This document shows, piece after piece, positions 1 to 9,464 of a stretch of 64,000 bases of DNA (its first letter is position 1; each line of letters opens with the position of its first letter). The notes under the pieces were generated by a model. That model saw only the letters and a list, made by a program, of their open reading frames with translations, ran no database searches and was not told where the DNA came from. Origin of the DNA: an uncultured Candidatus Saccharibacteria bacterium (GTDB lineage: Bacteria > Patescibacteriota > Minisyncoccia > CAIUEV01 > JAHKAQ01); NCBI GenBank assembly GCA_964598205.1, contig CAZRBB010000001.1, forward strand, positions 156,199 through 220,198, in the 5' to 3' direction. The position numbers and the translations under genes are program-made.

Positions 1-1433
1 TGAAACTTAGTAGCCAAAAGAGCTAATTCTTGTTTTATTAATGGGTTTTCTTTCAAAGAAATATAGCGAAAAAGCAGGACTAAAGAAGGAATAAGAATAA
101 TTGTTGCCACAAACAGAGACAGTGATCCTAGCTTTTTAGCACTTTTATGAATTAGAAAAATAGTACCAAGTGCTAGGAATGGAAGAACGGCAAACAAATA
201 TCGTCGCAGAATCCAAGGGTGGTCTAGAGAAATGTTTGGTTTTAAAAAATAAATTAAGAAAGGACCAAGAAAGAGCAAGAGTAGAAGCTCTATTTGGGAA
301 AGCTTTCTCCTAAAAATTCCGCCAAAAATGATAATCAAAATATAAACAATTCCCAAAATCAACAAAGGAAAGAGTTGGTAATTTAAAAAAACTTTTAGCA
401 CATAAAGAGTTTTGGGAAGCAAATATCCAAAAGGGGAAAAGCCCAAAAAGGAAGGATTAATAGGGGAATATCCCAAAACATCTTTAATCATTTTTTTATA
501 GAAGGGGAGAATACTAAGAGAGTAAGCAAGGAAGATTAAAAAGGAGCCAACAAGAAGTGCCTGAAATTTTTTAGATCGAAAGAGAGGGAAGCCAACTTTT
601 TTATCTTGGAAAAATAGATAAATCAAAAGAATTGCCATTAAGAAAACTCCTTCAATTCTTACAAGACAAAAAACCAAAAGAGAAAAAAAAGCACTAAAAA
701 GAAAACTAAAATTTTTCCCTTTGGTTTTTTGATAAAGAAATAGACTATAAATAAAAGTAAAAAGTAAACCAAAAGCGGTTGTTTCGGCTAGGTTTTGGCG
801 AGCATGCCAGAAGAAAGGAAATGTAAAAGCGATTAAAGGAAGGGAAGCAAGACCCCAAACAGAGCTTTTTGTTTGGGCTTTTGTTAAATAGAAAATTGCC
901 AAAAGACCAATAAAAATTCCTGGGATATTAGCAAATTTTAATCCCCAGTCTCCCAAAAAAGAAAACCAAAAAGCTAGGTAAGAAATATATCCTAAGTTAA
1001 ACTGGGTCTTTAATTGATTATCTTCGGTAATAATAAAACCAGGGAAGTTTAATGCCATGTGATTGGAGTTTTGGCTATTCAAGAACTCCAAGGCAGCCGG
1101 ACGAAAAGTGATTTTTTGGTTTTGAGAAAGCATTACGGCCGCTTCTACCATGGCACCAGGATCTCTTCCTCCTAGGTAGCTAATATTGAAATTCAAAAAA
1201 ACAATCAATGACCAAAAAGTAGCAAAAAGAAAAGCCAAAAGCTCCCAGCGGTCCAGGGTTTTTTCAAAAGAAAAAAGCTTGGTTTTTTTAGCCAAAAAAA
1301 GACAGACAATTAGAAGGGAAAGGCTGATTAACAGAGGATGGAAAAATTTTAAAAAAGCAAAAAACACGCAAAGAAAAACAGAAAGAGTAAAAACAAAAGA
1401 GAGCGCCAAAAAAAAGCGACCTGATTTTAACAT
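1..1433 (-). CDS. Polytopic membrane protein, 5' part only (gene continues off the left edge); possibly a GT-C/ArnT-PMT-like glycosyltransferase
   Basis: Minus-strand frame open from ATG at 1433-1431 down to position 1. Translation is F/L/I-rich with many predicted TM helices (e.g. ...ISYLAFWFSFLGDWGLKFANIPGIFIGLLAIFYL...). Not in the ORF track because no stop falls inside the window. Family assignment is weak. Confidence 0.5.
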   Translation of the reverse strand, partial: MLKSGRFFLALSFVFTLSVFLCVFFAFLKFFHPLLISLSLLIVCLFLAKKTKLFSFEKTLDRWELLAFLFATFWSLIVFLNFNISYLGGRDPGAMVEAAVMLSQNQKITFRPAALEFLNSQNSNHMALNFPGFIITEDNQLKTQFNLGYISYLAFWFSFLGDWGLKFANIPGIFIGLLAIFYLTKAQTKSSVWGLASLPLIAFTFPFFWHARQNLAETTAFGLLFTFIYSLFLYQKTKGKNFSFLFSAFFSLLVFCLVRIEGVFLMAILLIYLFFQDKKVGFPLFRSKKFQALLVGSFLIFLAYSLSILPFYKKMIKDVLGYSPINPSFLGFSPFGYLLPKTLYVLKVFLNYQLFPLLILGIVYILIIIFGGIFRRKLSQIELLLLLFLGPFLIYFLKPNISLDHPWILRRYLFAVLPFLALGTIFLIHKSAKKLGSLSLFVATIILIPSLVLLFRYISLKENPLIKQELALLATKF

Positions 1434-1451
1434 TCTTTTTTTTAAGACTTA

Positions 1452-2609
1452 CTACCCTAACCGTTTAACAATAAGAGGCTTAGCTAGGGCTCCTTCTAAG
1501 GAAGAGATCTTTTGGGTTAACTTTTTTAAATTGCCTTCGTCTATCTCTGCTGCCAAAATAATAAGAGTAGAGCATCTTTCCACACATTTTCTGGTAAGAG
1601 GAAGGCCAATGCGACCTAAAAAGAAACTTCCAAAGTCGGTTAAGATTTCGTTTACTTTGCCCGCGTTTTCGGTCCGATTAGAAAGAAAAATAGAAATTGT
1701 GGCTAAGTAGAGAGGTGGAGCGGAGGGGGCTTCGCCCTTTGCCTTATTAACGGTTGGAGGAGTTTTTTTCGGTTCTTTTTTTTTCTGCTCAGACCCTGTC
1801 TTGCTATTAGTATTTGAAAATTTTTGACCTTGGTTCAAGCGATCAGCATTGACACTATTATTCTGAACACTACTCGACTTATTAATAGGCTTGCTTTTTA
1901 GATCAACTTTCACTGCCTCAACATCTTTATTGGGCTTATTTTCCAGATTACTTTCCTTGACTGGTTCTTTGGTGGGTTCTTTACTAGGAACAACTTCTTT
2001 TCCTTTTGTTGTGATTTCTTCTTGGGAAAAAACAAAATCTATTCTTTTTTCTGGATAAACTGTTGGCGGCATCTGAGTTTCTTGCCCTTGATTATTCTCT
2101 ATTACTTCCTTTTGGATTTGGTCTTGTTGTGGGTTAAAATTTTGATTTTCTAAGAGTGGTTTTTTTAGTTTTGGTTGCTCTGAGTTTTGTCTAGAAGAGT
2201 GGGAATCAATTTGTTCTGAAAAATTAAAAGGGCTGGGGCTTTCTTGTTCGGAAACAATTGGTCCCGAATTACCAGTTTCCAAACTACTACTTAAGCTTTC
2301 CAGGTTTCCACCGCCACTCGGTTTATAAGCTGTTGGAGAAGTTATAGGGGGAACGCTAGGGGGAGTAGTTGGAGGGGAAAACGATAGAAAGGGAGAAGGA
2401 GCAGGAGCAGGAATGGGAGAAGGAGCAGGAGCAGGAATGGGAGCAGGAGAAGGAGAAGGAGCAGGAGTAGGAGCGGGATTAGGAGTGTTAAAGCTGGGAG
2501 TGGCGGTTGGTTGAGAAATGGGAGAAGAATTAACTTCCGAATCCGAAGAAGGAATTCCAGACAAAAAAGAAAGCACATCATCATCTCTCCGATTGTTTAG
2601 GGGTGACAT
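1452..2609 (-). CDS. TM1266-like ACT-domain protein (putative iron-only hydrogenase system regulator) with a long Pro/Ser/Ala-rich low-complexity N-terminal region
   Basis: C-terminal ~85 aa (LYLATISIFLSNRTENAGKVNEILTDFG...RIGLP...LIILAAEIDEGNLKKLTQKISSLEGA...PLIV) matches the TM1266/TIGR03959-type ACT fold as I recall it. N-terminal 300 aa is P/S/A/Q/N-rich, including tandem PAPAPSPIPAP repeats. ATG at 2609. Divergently oriented to the hydrogenase operon. Confidence 0.5.
   Translation of the reverse strand: MSPLNNRRDDDVLSFLSGIPSSDSEVNSSPISQPTATPSFNTPNPAPTPAPSPSPAPIPAPAPSPIPAPAPSPFLSFSPPTTPPSVPPITSPTAYKPSGGGNLESLSSSLETGNSGPIVSEQESPSPFNFSEQIDSHSSRQNSEQPKLKKPLLENQNFNPQQDQIQKEVIENNQGQETQMPPTVYPEKRIDFVFSQEEITTKGKEVVPSKEPTKEPVKESNLENKPNKDVEAVKVDLKSKPINKSSSVQNNSVNADRLNQGQKFSNTNSKTGSEQKKKEPKKTPPTVNKAKGEAPSAPPLYLATISIFLSNRTENAGKVNEILTDFGSFFLGRIGLPLTRKCVERCSTLIILAAEIDEGNLKKLTQKISSLEGALAKPLIVKRLG
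2389..2500. repeat. Tandem short GC-rich repeats (ggagcaggagcaggaatggga...) encoding a (P-A-P-S/I)n low-complexity tract inside the 1452..2609 CDS
   Basis: Visible direct repeats of ~30 nt units. The alternate frame gives a poly-Leu artefact ORF (2342..2584). Confidence 0.7.
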
Positions 2610-2700
2610 TTTTGTTTTTTATTTTATTGCTTGATTTTTGATTGCTAAAAAAAATATAACAAGATCAGTATAAAACATTGCACGATAGTTATCAATCTTT

Positions 2701-2800
2701 AAGAATTTCTAATTTCTAATTTTGAATTTCGATTAAAACTTGAACTTTTAATTTTAAAATTTAATCAAAATTCAAAATTCAAGATTAAAAATTTACTACC
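2701..2800. promoter_or_regulatory. AT-rich repeated motif family (AATTTTGAATTTCGA and its complement) upstream of the hydrogenase operon
   Basis: taattttgaatttcga ... caaaattcaaaattcaag dyad. Related copies at 30668-30805 and 63700-63790. Confidence 0.4.
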
Positions 2801-2838
2801 AGATGGAACGATAAATTGGTTTATGCTAAAATCGCGTT

Positions 2839-3279
2839 ATGACTATTCAGAAAATTTTATTAGATTTTGAACCGCAAAAAAAAAATCTATTACCCCTTTT
2901 GAACAGGGTTAGTACCTGTTTTGGCTTTATTTCCAAAGAGCAACTTTACTTGATTGCCGATTACTTTGGAATGGCGCCAGCAAAAGTTTTTTCTGTAATT
3001 ACAGCTTCCGAAGTTCTAAAATACGAAAAGCCCAAGTTTTTAGAAGTTAAAATTTGCATGGGTCCTCATTGTCGGATCAAAGGAGCAAAAAGAGTCTTGG
3101 AAGAAGCCCAAAAAGTTATAGGGGTTCGTGCTGACAAAAAATCAGCGGGGAAATTTGATCTTCAAACTACCAGCTGTATTGGGCATTGTCTTTCTGGTCC
3201 TGTGGTGAAAATAAATGGAACCGTTTTTAATGGTGTTCGTTCCTTTGAAGTTGACGATTTGTTAAAAAATTACCTTTAA
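2839..3279 (+). CDS. NADH-dependent hydrogenase small diaphorase subunit, NuoE/HoxE-like thioredoxin-fold [2Fe-2S] protein (HydC/HndA-type)
   Basis: Cys pattern CMGPHC ... CIGHC typical of NuoE-type 2Fe-2S. Lies immediately upstream of NuoF-like and HydA genes. Confidence 0.8.
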   Translation: MTIQKILLDFEPQKKNLLPLLNRVSTCFGFISKEQLYLIADYFGMAPAKVFSVITASEVLKYEKPKFLEVKICMGPHCRIKGAKRVLEEAQKVIGVRADKKSAGKFDLQTTSCIGHCLSGPVVKINGTVFNGVRSFEVDDLLKNYL

Positions 3280-3303
3280 GCAAACCACTGCTGAATTTTT
3301 TAG

Positions 3304-4581
3304 TTGATTTTTCTAAAAATAATGAAAGAAACAAAAATAATTACTAGATTGTGGGGCAAGATTAATCCTTGCCTTATTGACTCTTACATAAATGAAGGGG
3401 GCTATGTTTGCTTTGGAAAATGTCTTTCTGGAAAATTATCGCCAGAAAAAGTAAGAAAAATAATTATTGATTCCGGTCTTAGGGGAAGAGGCGGGGCAGG
3501 CTTTAAAACAGGAGAGAAGTGGGAACTTGCGACCTCTACGGCCAGAAGATCTAAAAAGAATCCTATCCTAATAATTAATGCCGACGAATCACAACCAGGA
3601 ACCTTTAAGGACCGGCTAATGCTAGAAAAAAATCCTCAGCTAGTAATAGAAGGAGCACTGATTGCCGCCTACGCTCTTTCGGCCAAGAAAGTTCTATTCT
3701 ATATCAATGGTAATTATCGGGAACAGTTTAAAATAGTAGAAGAAGCCATTAAACAAGCCGAAGCCAAATGTTTTCTAAGCACCACTCAAGAATCCGGGAA
3801 AAAAATAATTGTTCAGCCGATTCGTGGTGCTGGTGGCTATATTTACGGAGAAGAAACGGCTCAAATTAATTCTCTAGAAGGTCAACGGGGAGAGCCAAGA
3901 GTAAAACCGCCATATCCGGTAGTAAAGGGATTGTTTGGCCGGCCAACGGTGGTTAATAATGTGGAAACGATTGCCAACATTGTTCCTATTTTAGAATTAG
4001 GTGTTAGCGAATTTAAAAAATTTGGAGTGCCGGGTTCTTGGGGAACTAAATTGTTTTCTGTTTCGGGAACGGTTAAGAATCCAGGAGTTTTTGAACTCCC
4101 CCTGGGATCTTCATTGGGAAATGTCCTAAAAGATTGCTGTGGATGGATGGCTAATCAAAAGCAATTTTCTTTTGCAAGAATTGGTGGAACGGGAAAATTT
4201 TTAGGAAAAGAGGCTCTTTCGTATCCCTTAATTTACGGAGATGCTCCCGGAGAAATAAATGTTGGCTTGGGAGATATTCTGGTGGTAGATAAAAATGTTT
4301 CCTTAAAAGATTTAATGGAAGCTTGGTCTTCTTTCTATCGGCGAGAGTCTTGCGGACAGTGTACTCCTTGCCGGGAAGGAACTTTTATTCTGGCTCAAAT
4401 GGCAGAAAGAATGAAAGAGAATGATCTAAAAGAAAATGACTGGCTTAATTTAGAAAATCTTTTAGAAGCTTTAGAAAAAACGGCCCTTTGCCCCTTGGGT
4501 GGATTTGCTACCAAGCATTGGCGAGAATTTTTAAGGATTAAAAAGGAAAGTCGTTTAAAAAAAGAAAAAAATAAAAAATGA
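3304..4581 (+). CDS. NAD(P)H-binding FMN/[4Fe-4S] subunit of hydrogenase, NuoF-like (HydB/HndC-type)
   Basis: GLRGRGGAGFKTGEKW (NuoF NADH/FMN motif) and ESCGQCTPCREG (4Fe-4S). Overlaps the downstream hydA by 4 nt (ATGA). Confidence 0.9.
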   Translation: MIFLKIMKETKIITRLWGKINPCLIDSYINEGGYVCFGKCLSGKLSPEKVRKIIIDSGLRGRGGAGFKTGEKWELATSTARRSKKNPILIINADESQPGTFKDRLMLEKNPQLVIEGALIAAYALSAKKVLFYINGNYREQFKIVEEAIKQAEAKCFLSTTQESGKKIIVQPIRGAGGYIYGEETAQINSLEGQRGEPRVKPPYPVVKGLFGRPTVVNNVETIANIVPILELGVSEFKKFGVPGSWGTKLFSVSGTVKNPGVFELPLGSSLGNVLKDCCGWMANQKQFSFARIGGTGKFLGKEALSYPLIYGDAPGEINVGLGDILVVDKNVSLKDLMEAWSSFYRRESCGQCTPCREGTFILAQMAERMKENDLKENDWLNLENLLEALEKTALCPLGGFATKHWREFLRIKKESRLKKEKNKK

Positions 4582-6404
4582 AAGAATTCTTTATAGAAAT
4601 TAATCAAAAAAAAGTACCAGTAAAAGAAGGAGAGTCTGTTTTAGATGTTTGCCGAAGAGAAAATATAGAACTGGCCTCTCTTTGTAGCCATCCTAATTTT
4701 AGCGACTGTCGACCGTCTGATTCTCTAACCTACAAAAGCCACTCTTCTTGTCGGCTTTGTCTAGTCAAAGTTCTTTTTAGTGGAGAAAAAAAGGAACGGT
4801 TGTTGCCAGCCTGCGATCTTAAAGTAGCACCGGGGGAGAAAGTAACAACGGAAGATAAGGAAATTATTAGAACCAGAAAAATCAATTTAGAACTTTTATT
4901 CGCCAGCCACGCCGGTCTTTGTGCTCATTGCTATCGCAACGGTGATTGTGAATTGCAAGAACTAGCTTCGCGCTACGATATAGACGAATACCGCTTTGCG
5001 CCACGATTTAGAGGAATTTCTCATCAAGAAGAAATGGCTCTTTTGTTCGAAAAGATGGTTAATCGCAAAGTAGATCTAAACAATCCATCTGTGGCAAGAG
5101 ATTCGGAGAAGTGCATTAAATGTCGTCGCTGTATTAAAGTTTGTCGTGACACGCAAACAGTCGAAGCTTATGCTTTTGTTGGCAAAAGCATAGAGGCGTC
5201 CGTGGGTACAGAATTTAATACTCCCTTGGAGTGTACTTATTGTGGGCAATGTACAGCGGTTTGTCCTACTGCCGCTCTAACGGAAAAAAGTCAGATTAAA
5301 AACTTCTTAGAAGCCATAAATGATCCCCAAAAAAAGGTGGCAGTCCAAATTGCTCCTTCAGTACCTTTTTCGTTAGGAGAAGAATTCGGAATGCCAGCGG
5401 GGTCTGTGGTAACAGAAGAAATGGTGACGGCATTAAAAAAAATTGGTGCAGATTTAGTCTTTAATACTAATCTAGGCGCCGATCTAACAATCATGGAAGA
5501 AGCCCATGAATTAATAGAAAGAATTAAATATCCCAAAAAAGACAAGCCATTGCCACTCTTTACCAGTTGTTGTCCATCTTGGGTGCTTTTTATGGAGCAG
5601 AATTATCCGCAACTTTTAGGCAATCTTTCTTCTTGTAGTTCTCCTCACATAATGCTGGGTTCGTTGATTAAGAATTATTACGCTTCCAAAAATAAACTAG
5701 AAAAAGAAAAAATATTTACTGTTTCCATTATGCCTTGTTTGTCCAAAAAATATGAAGCCGCAAGGCCGGAATTTTCTAAAAACGGAATAAAAGAAGTGGA
5801 CTGTGTATTAACTACCAGAGAATTGGGCAAACTTTTAAGGGAAAAGAAGATTGAACTTTCAGAACTAGAAGGTACGCCTTTTGATTCTGCGCTAGGAACG
5901 GGAACTAGTGCTGGTGCTATTTTCGGCGCTTCTGGAGGAGTGGCAGAAGCGGCATTGCGTACTGCTGTTTTTTTCTTAACCGGTAATAATCCGGCCATTA
6001 TTGATTTCAAAGAAGTCCGTGGAGATTTAGGCATTAAAATTGCCACAGTGAAAATTGCTGATCTGGAATTAAGAGTGGGGGTGGTTAATGGACTAGGTAA
6101 TGCTCGTCAAGTTTTAAAGGACTTAGGTTCCGGTGAGTTAAAATTAGATTTACTAGAAGTAATGGCTTGTCCTGGAGGTTGTATTGGAGGTGGTGGCCAA
6201 CCAATTCCTACTAGTCCAGAAATAAGGAAAAGACGAGCCGCTTCTATTTACAATCAAGATAAAAATTCTGTCTTAAGATTGGCTCATGAAAATCCGTTAA
6301 TAGAAAAAATATACAAAGATTTCTTATTTTCTCCGGGAAGTAAGAAAGCCCAAAAATATTTGCATACCAAGTACTATCCCTACCAATATCGCTATCGGCA
6401 ATAA
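4578..6404 (+). CDS. hydA: [FeFe]-hydrogenase catalytic subunit HydA with N-terminal ferredoxin-like domains
   Basis: H-cluster signature motifs present: L1 TSCCPSWV, L2 MPCLSKKYEA, L3 EVMACPGGCIGGGGQP. Upstream CIKCRRCIKVC and CTYCGQCTAVCP 4Fe-4S ferredoxin motifs. Confidence 0.9.
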   Translation: MKEFFIEINQKKVPVKEGESVLDVCRRENIELASLCSHPNFSDCRPSDSLTYKSHSSCRLCLVKVLFSGEKKERLLPACDLKVAPGEKVTTEDKEIIRTRKINLELLFASHAGLCAHCYRNGDCELQELASRYDIDEYRFAPRFRGISHQEEMALLFEKMVNRKVDLNNPSVARDSEKCIKCRRCIKVCRDTQTVEAYAFVGKSIEASVGTEFNTPLECTYCGQCTAVCPTAALTEKSQIKNFLEAINDPQKKVAVQIAPSVPFSLGEEFGMPAGSVVTEEMVTALKKIGADLVFNTNLGADLTIMEEAHELIERIKYPKKDKPLPLFTSCCPSWVLFMEQNYPQLLGNLSSCSSPHIMLGSLIKNYYASKNKLEKEKIFTVSIMPCLSKKYEAARPEFSKNGIKEVDCVLTTRELGKLLREKKIELSELEGTPFDSALGTGTSAGAIFGASGGVAEAALRTAVFFLTGNNPAIIDFKEVRGDLGIKIATVKIADLELRVGVVNGLGNARQVLKDLGSGELKLDLLEVMACPGGCIGGGGQPIPTSPEIRKRRAASIYNQDKNSVLRLAHENPLIEKIYKDFLFSPGSKKAQKYLHTKYYPYQYRYRQ

Positions 6405-6448
6405 ACAATTTGCGCGTTTAATACATTAATTAATTTAATTTTAAGAAA

Positions 6449-7453
6449 ATGCTAAACATTGCAATCAACGGATTTGGAAGAATTGGTCGTGCCGCACTAA
6501 AAATTATTCAGGAAAGAAAAGGAGTTAAAGTAATAGCAATCAATGATCTTTCTGGAGTAAAAATGGGTGCCTATCTTTTAGCTTACGATTCAGTTTTTGG
6601 CCGCTATTCCCAAAAAGTGAGCGTTAAAAAAAATTCCCTAGAAGTTGGAGAAGATTCTATTGCTTTTCTTTCCGAACCAGACCCAGCTAAATTACCTTGG
6701 AAGGAAATGGGAATAGATTTAGTTTTGGAATGTACCGGTGTTTTCGAAACCAAAGAAAAAAATCAGGGACATTTAGATGCGGGAGCCAAGAAAGTAATTA
6801 TTTCTTCTCCGCCTAAAGATGAAACACCGATTTTTTGCATGGGTTGTAATGAAAAAAAATATCGTCCCGAAAAAGACCATATTGTTTCTAACGGATCCTG
6901 CACTACCAATTGTTTAGCACCGATTGCCAAAGTATTGAACGACGAAATTGGGATTGATAAAGCTCTAATGACCACTATTCACAGCTACACGGCTAGCCAA
7001 AGCCTAGTAGACGCTTCCGTAGGAGACGAACGCCGTTCTCGCGCAGCAGCATTAAATTTATCTCCTTCTACTACCGGGGCGGCAATTGCGGTGACTCGAG
7101 TATTGCCAGAACTTGCCGGAAAATTCGACGGGATGGCTGTTCGAGTTCCTACTCCTTGCGTTTCTTTGGTGGACTTGGTTGCGAAATTAAGAAGGAATGT
7201 TACCATAGAAAAAATAGCCAATCTTTTTATTGGTGCTTCTCGGGGGGAAATGAAAGGGATTTTAGCGGTAGAAAGCCTGCCTTTGGTTTCTTCTGATTTT
7301 ATTGGCAACAAGCATTCGGCAATTGTTGATTTGGAAGAGATCATGGTTTTAAAGGGCGACATGGTAAAGGTTATTGCTTGGTACGACAACGAGTGGGGCT
7401 ATTCAGAACGACTCGTTGATTTGGCTGTTTATTTGGGTAAATTTCTAAAGTAG
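6449..7453 (+). CDS. gap: Glyceraldehyde-3-phosphate dehydrogenase
   Basis: NGFGRIGR Rossmann motif and SCTTNCLAP active-site Cys motif. 334 aa. Confidence 0.95.
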   Translation: MLNIAINGFGRIGRAALKIIQERKGVKVIAINDLSGVKMGAYLLAYDSVFGRYSQKVSVKKNSLEVGEDSIAFLSEPDPAKLPWKEMGIDLVLECTGVFETKEKNQGHLDAGAKKVIISSPPKDETPIFCMGCNEKKYRPEKDHIVSNGSCTTNCLAPIAKVLNDEIGIDKALMTTIHSYTASQSLVDASVGDERRSRAAALNLSPSTTGAAIAVTRVLPELAGKFDGMAVRVPTPCVSLVDLVAKLRRNVTIEKIANLFIGASRGEMKGILAVESLPLVSSDFIGNKHSAIVDLEEIMVLKGDMVKVIAWYDNEWGYSERLVDLAVYLGKFLK

Positions 7454-7465
7454 TTAAAAAACAAA

Positions 7466-7873
7466 ATGTCTAAAAAAAAATATTCCAAGAAACGTGGCTT
7501 CTCTTTAGTAGAGATGTTGGTGGTGGTAGCAATTATTGGAATGCTCGCCACTATCCTTTTGATCAATTATACTGGCCAATTAAAAAAGAGCCGTGACCAA
7601 AAAAGACGCACCGACGCCGAATCTATTAAATTGGCTTGCAATATGTACGCCAACCAGAACCAAAAATTCCCGGTGCAAACCGTGAACTCTACTGCTTGGG
7701 GGGCCCTGGTTACAGATCTTGATCCATATATTTCTCTTAGTTCCATTACGGATCCGCAGCAAGCAGGAGGAGGGGCTCATATTTATACTTATGTTGGGGC
7801 TGTGAATAATTGCACAATTACTTTTTATTCAGAAGTAAGTGGAGCCAATCAAACTATTCATTGTATAGATTAA
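7466..7873 (+). CDS. Type IV pilin-like / pseudopilin (prepilin-type N-terminal cleavage/methylation domain)
   Basis: KRGFSLVEMLVVVAIIGMLATILL: class III signal peptide with G-F-S-L-V-E motif followed by a hydrophobic helix. Confidence 0.7.
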   Translation: MSKKKYSKKRGFSLVEMLVVVAIIGMLATILLINYTGQLKKSRDQKRRTDAESIKLACNMYANQNQKFPVQTVNSTAWGALVTDLDPYISLSSITDPQQAGGGAHIYTYVGAVNNCTITFYSEVSGANQTIHCID

Positions 7874-9450
7874 TGGGAATGAATTATCTTATTAAAAACG
7901 GAACTATTGTTGATGGCACAGGAAAAATCCCTTATGAGGGAGATCTTTTGGTTGAGAACGGAAAGATTGCCGACCTTGGCGACCTAAAAGAGCAAGGTGA
8001 TTTTAAAGTAATTGATGGCGAAAATTTAGTAGTTTGCCCGGGATTTATAGATGTTAGTAATCATTCCGATGTTTACTGGACTCTCTTTGATTATCCTGTT
8101 CAAGAAAGTTTAATTACTCAGGGAATAACCACGATTATTGGGGGGAATTGTGGCACTTCTTTGGCTCCGCTTTTAAATGAAGAAGCGCTAAATTCTCTTC
8201 AAAAATATACCGAAATTAACAAGTCTCAAGTCCGTTGGGACTCTTTTGGTAGCCTAATGGAGTTTCTTTCCACTAGGAAATTTAATCCCAATTTTGCCAG
8301 CTTAGTAGGGCACTTAACGCTAAGACGGGCGATTGTGGGCGATGAAATGCGGCAACTTAGAAGTGATGAATTACAAATAATGGCCGAAGCCCTGGAAAGA
8401 TCCCTAGAAGAAGGAGCTTTAGGATTTTCTAGCGGATTGGTTTATAGCCATACCAGAATTGCTTCTGGAGAAGAAATAATTAAGATGGCAGAAATCACGG
8501 CAAAAGCTGGCAAAGTTTTTTCGATTCATCTAAGAGAAGAAGGAAGAGAAATTTTAAGCTCAGTAAGAGAAGCGCTGGCCATTGCCGAAGCCACCCAGGT
8601 TAAATTGCAAATTGCTCATTTAAAGGTTTGTGGTAGAAAAAATTGGCGACTACAAAAAGAAGTTCTGACTATTATCAATGAAGCTCGGAATTGGGGATTA
8701 GATGTTAGTTATGATGCTTATCCATACGCTTGGTCTGGGCCGGTTCTCTACACTCTTCTGCCTAAATGGGTTTCAGAGGGAGGTAAAGGACCACTTCTTT
8801 CCCGGATTAAAGATCCCCAAGAAAGGCATAGAGTTATTCAATCAATGCAAGAAAGTGGCTTTGACTATGGCGGTGTAATTGTGGCGACTTCTAATGTAGG
8901 GAAAAGTTTAGCCAATCACCGAGTAGCGGTTATTGCCAAAAATCAGGAAAGATCAATAGAAGAAGTATTTTTGGATTTGGTTTCTGTTTCCGAAAATCGG
9001 ATTACGGGATTGGTAGAAAATATTAATCAAAAGAATATAAAACAGTTGATTGCCGAAGAAGGTTCTTTTGTTTCTACTAATGGTGCTGGATACTCTTCTC
9101 GGCATTTAAAAGAAGGAGAGTTGGTTCATCCGCGTTGCTTTGGTGCTATGCCTTATTTTTTAAGAAGCTTTGTTTTTTCAGAAAAGATTCTTTCCCTAGA
9201 AGATGCTATTGCTAAAATAACCAGCGGTCCAGCCACTAAATATGGTCTTCTTCGTCATAAGGGGACCCTTGAAAAAGGCAAAGATGCTGATATAGTTGTT
9301 TTTGATCCTCGAAAAATTAAAGGCAAGGCGACCATTGATTCCCCTTTTGTTTATTCAGAGGGAATTAAAGAACTGTTCATTGGGGGGAATCAAGCAATAT
9401 CCAATTATAAAATTACTCAAGATAAATTAGGTCGTCCGCTTACTATTTAG
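7873..9450 (+). CDS. Amidohydrolase, N-acyl-D-amino-acid deacylase (D-aminoacylase) family
   Basis: NGTIVDGTG...LLVENGKIADLG...PGFIDVSNHSD metal-dependent amidohydrolase N-terminus. Start moved to ATG 7873 (TAATG overlap with the pilin stop) rather than the track start 7810, which overlaps the pilin gene. Confidence 0.7.
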   Translation: MGMNYLIKNGTIVDGTGKIPYEGDLLVENGKIADLGDLKEQGDFKVIDGENLVVCPGFIDVSNHSDVYWTLFDYPVQESLITQGITTIIGGNCGTSLAPLLNEEALNSLQKYTEINKSQVRWDSFGSLMEFLSTRKFNPNFASLVGHLTLRRAIVGDEMRQLRSDELQIMAEALERSLEEGALGFSSGLVYSHTRIASGEEIIKMAEITAKAGKVFSIHLREEGREILSSVREALAIAEATQVKLQIAHLKVCGRKNWRLQKEVLTIINEARNWGLDVSYDAYPYAWSGPVLYTLLPKWVSEGGKGPLLSRIKDPQERHRVIQSMQESGFDYGGVIVATSNVGKSLANHRVAVIAKNQERSIEEVFLDLVSVSENRITGLVENINQKNIKQLIAEEGSFVSTNGAGYSSRHLKEGELVHPRCFGAMPYFLRSFVFSEKILSLEDAIAKITSGPATKYGLLRHKGTLEKGKDADIVVFDPRKIKGKATIDSPFVYSEGIKELFIGGNQAISNYKITQDKLGRPLTI

Positions 9451-9464
9451 AAAACCGTAAAGCT

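Noticed and set aside
1186-1710. 174-aa Lys/Arg-rich plus-strand ORF
   Set aside because: Lies antisense to the left-edge membrane-protein gene and the TM1266-like gene. Its composition is the mirror of T-rich membrane codons (A-rich strand), so it is most likely an artefact.
2342-2584. 80-aa poly-Leu ORF
   Set aside because: Alternate frame of the GC-rich tandem repeat inside CDS 1452..2609, not an independent gene.
7810-7872. Track start of the amidohydrolase ORF overlapping the pilin gene by 64 nt
   Set aside because: An in-frame ATG at 7873 forms a TAATG stop-start overlap and immediately precedes the conserved NGTIVDG N-terminus.
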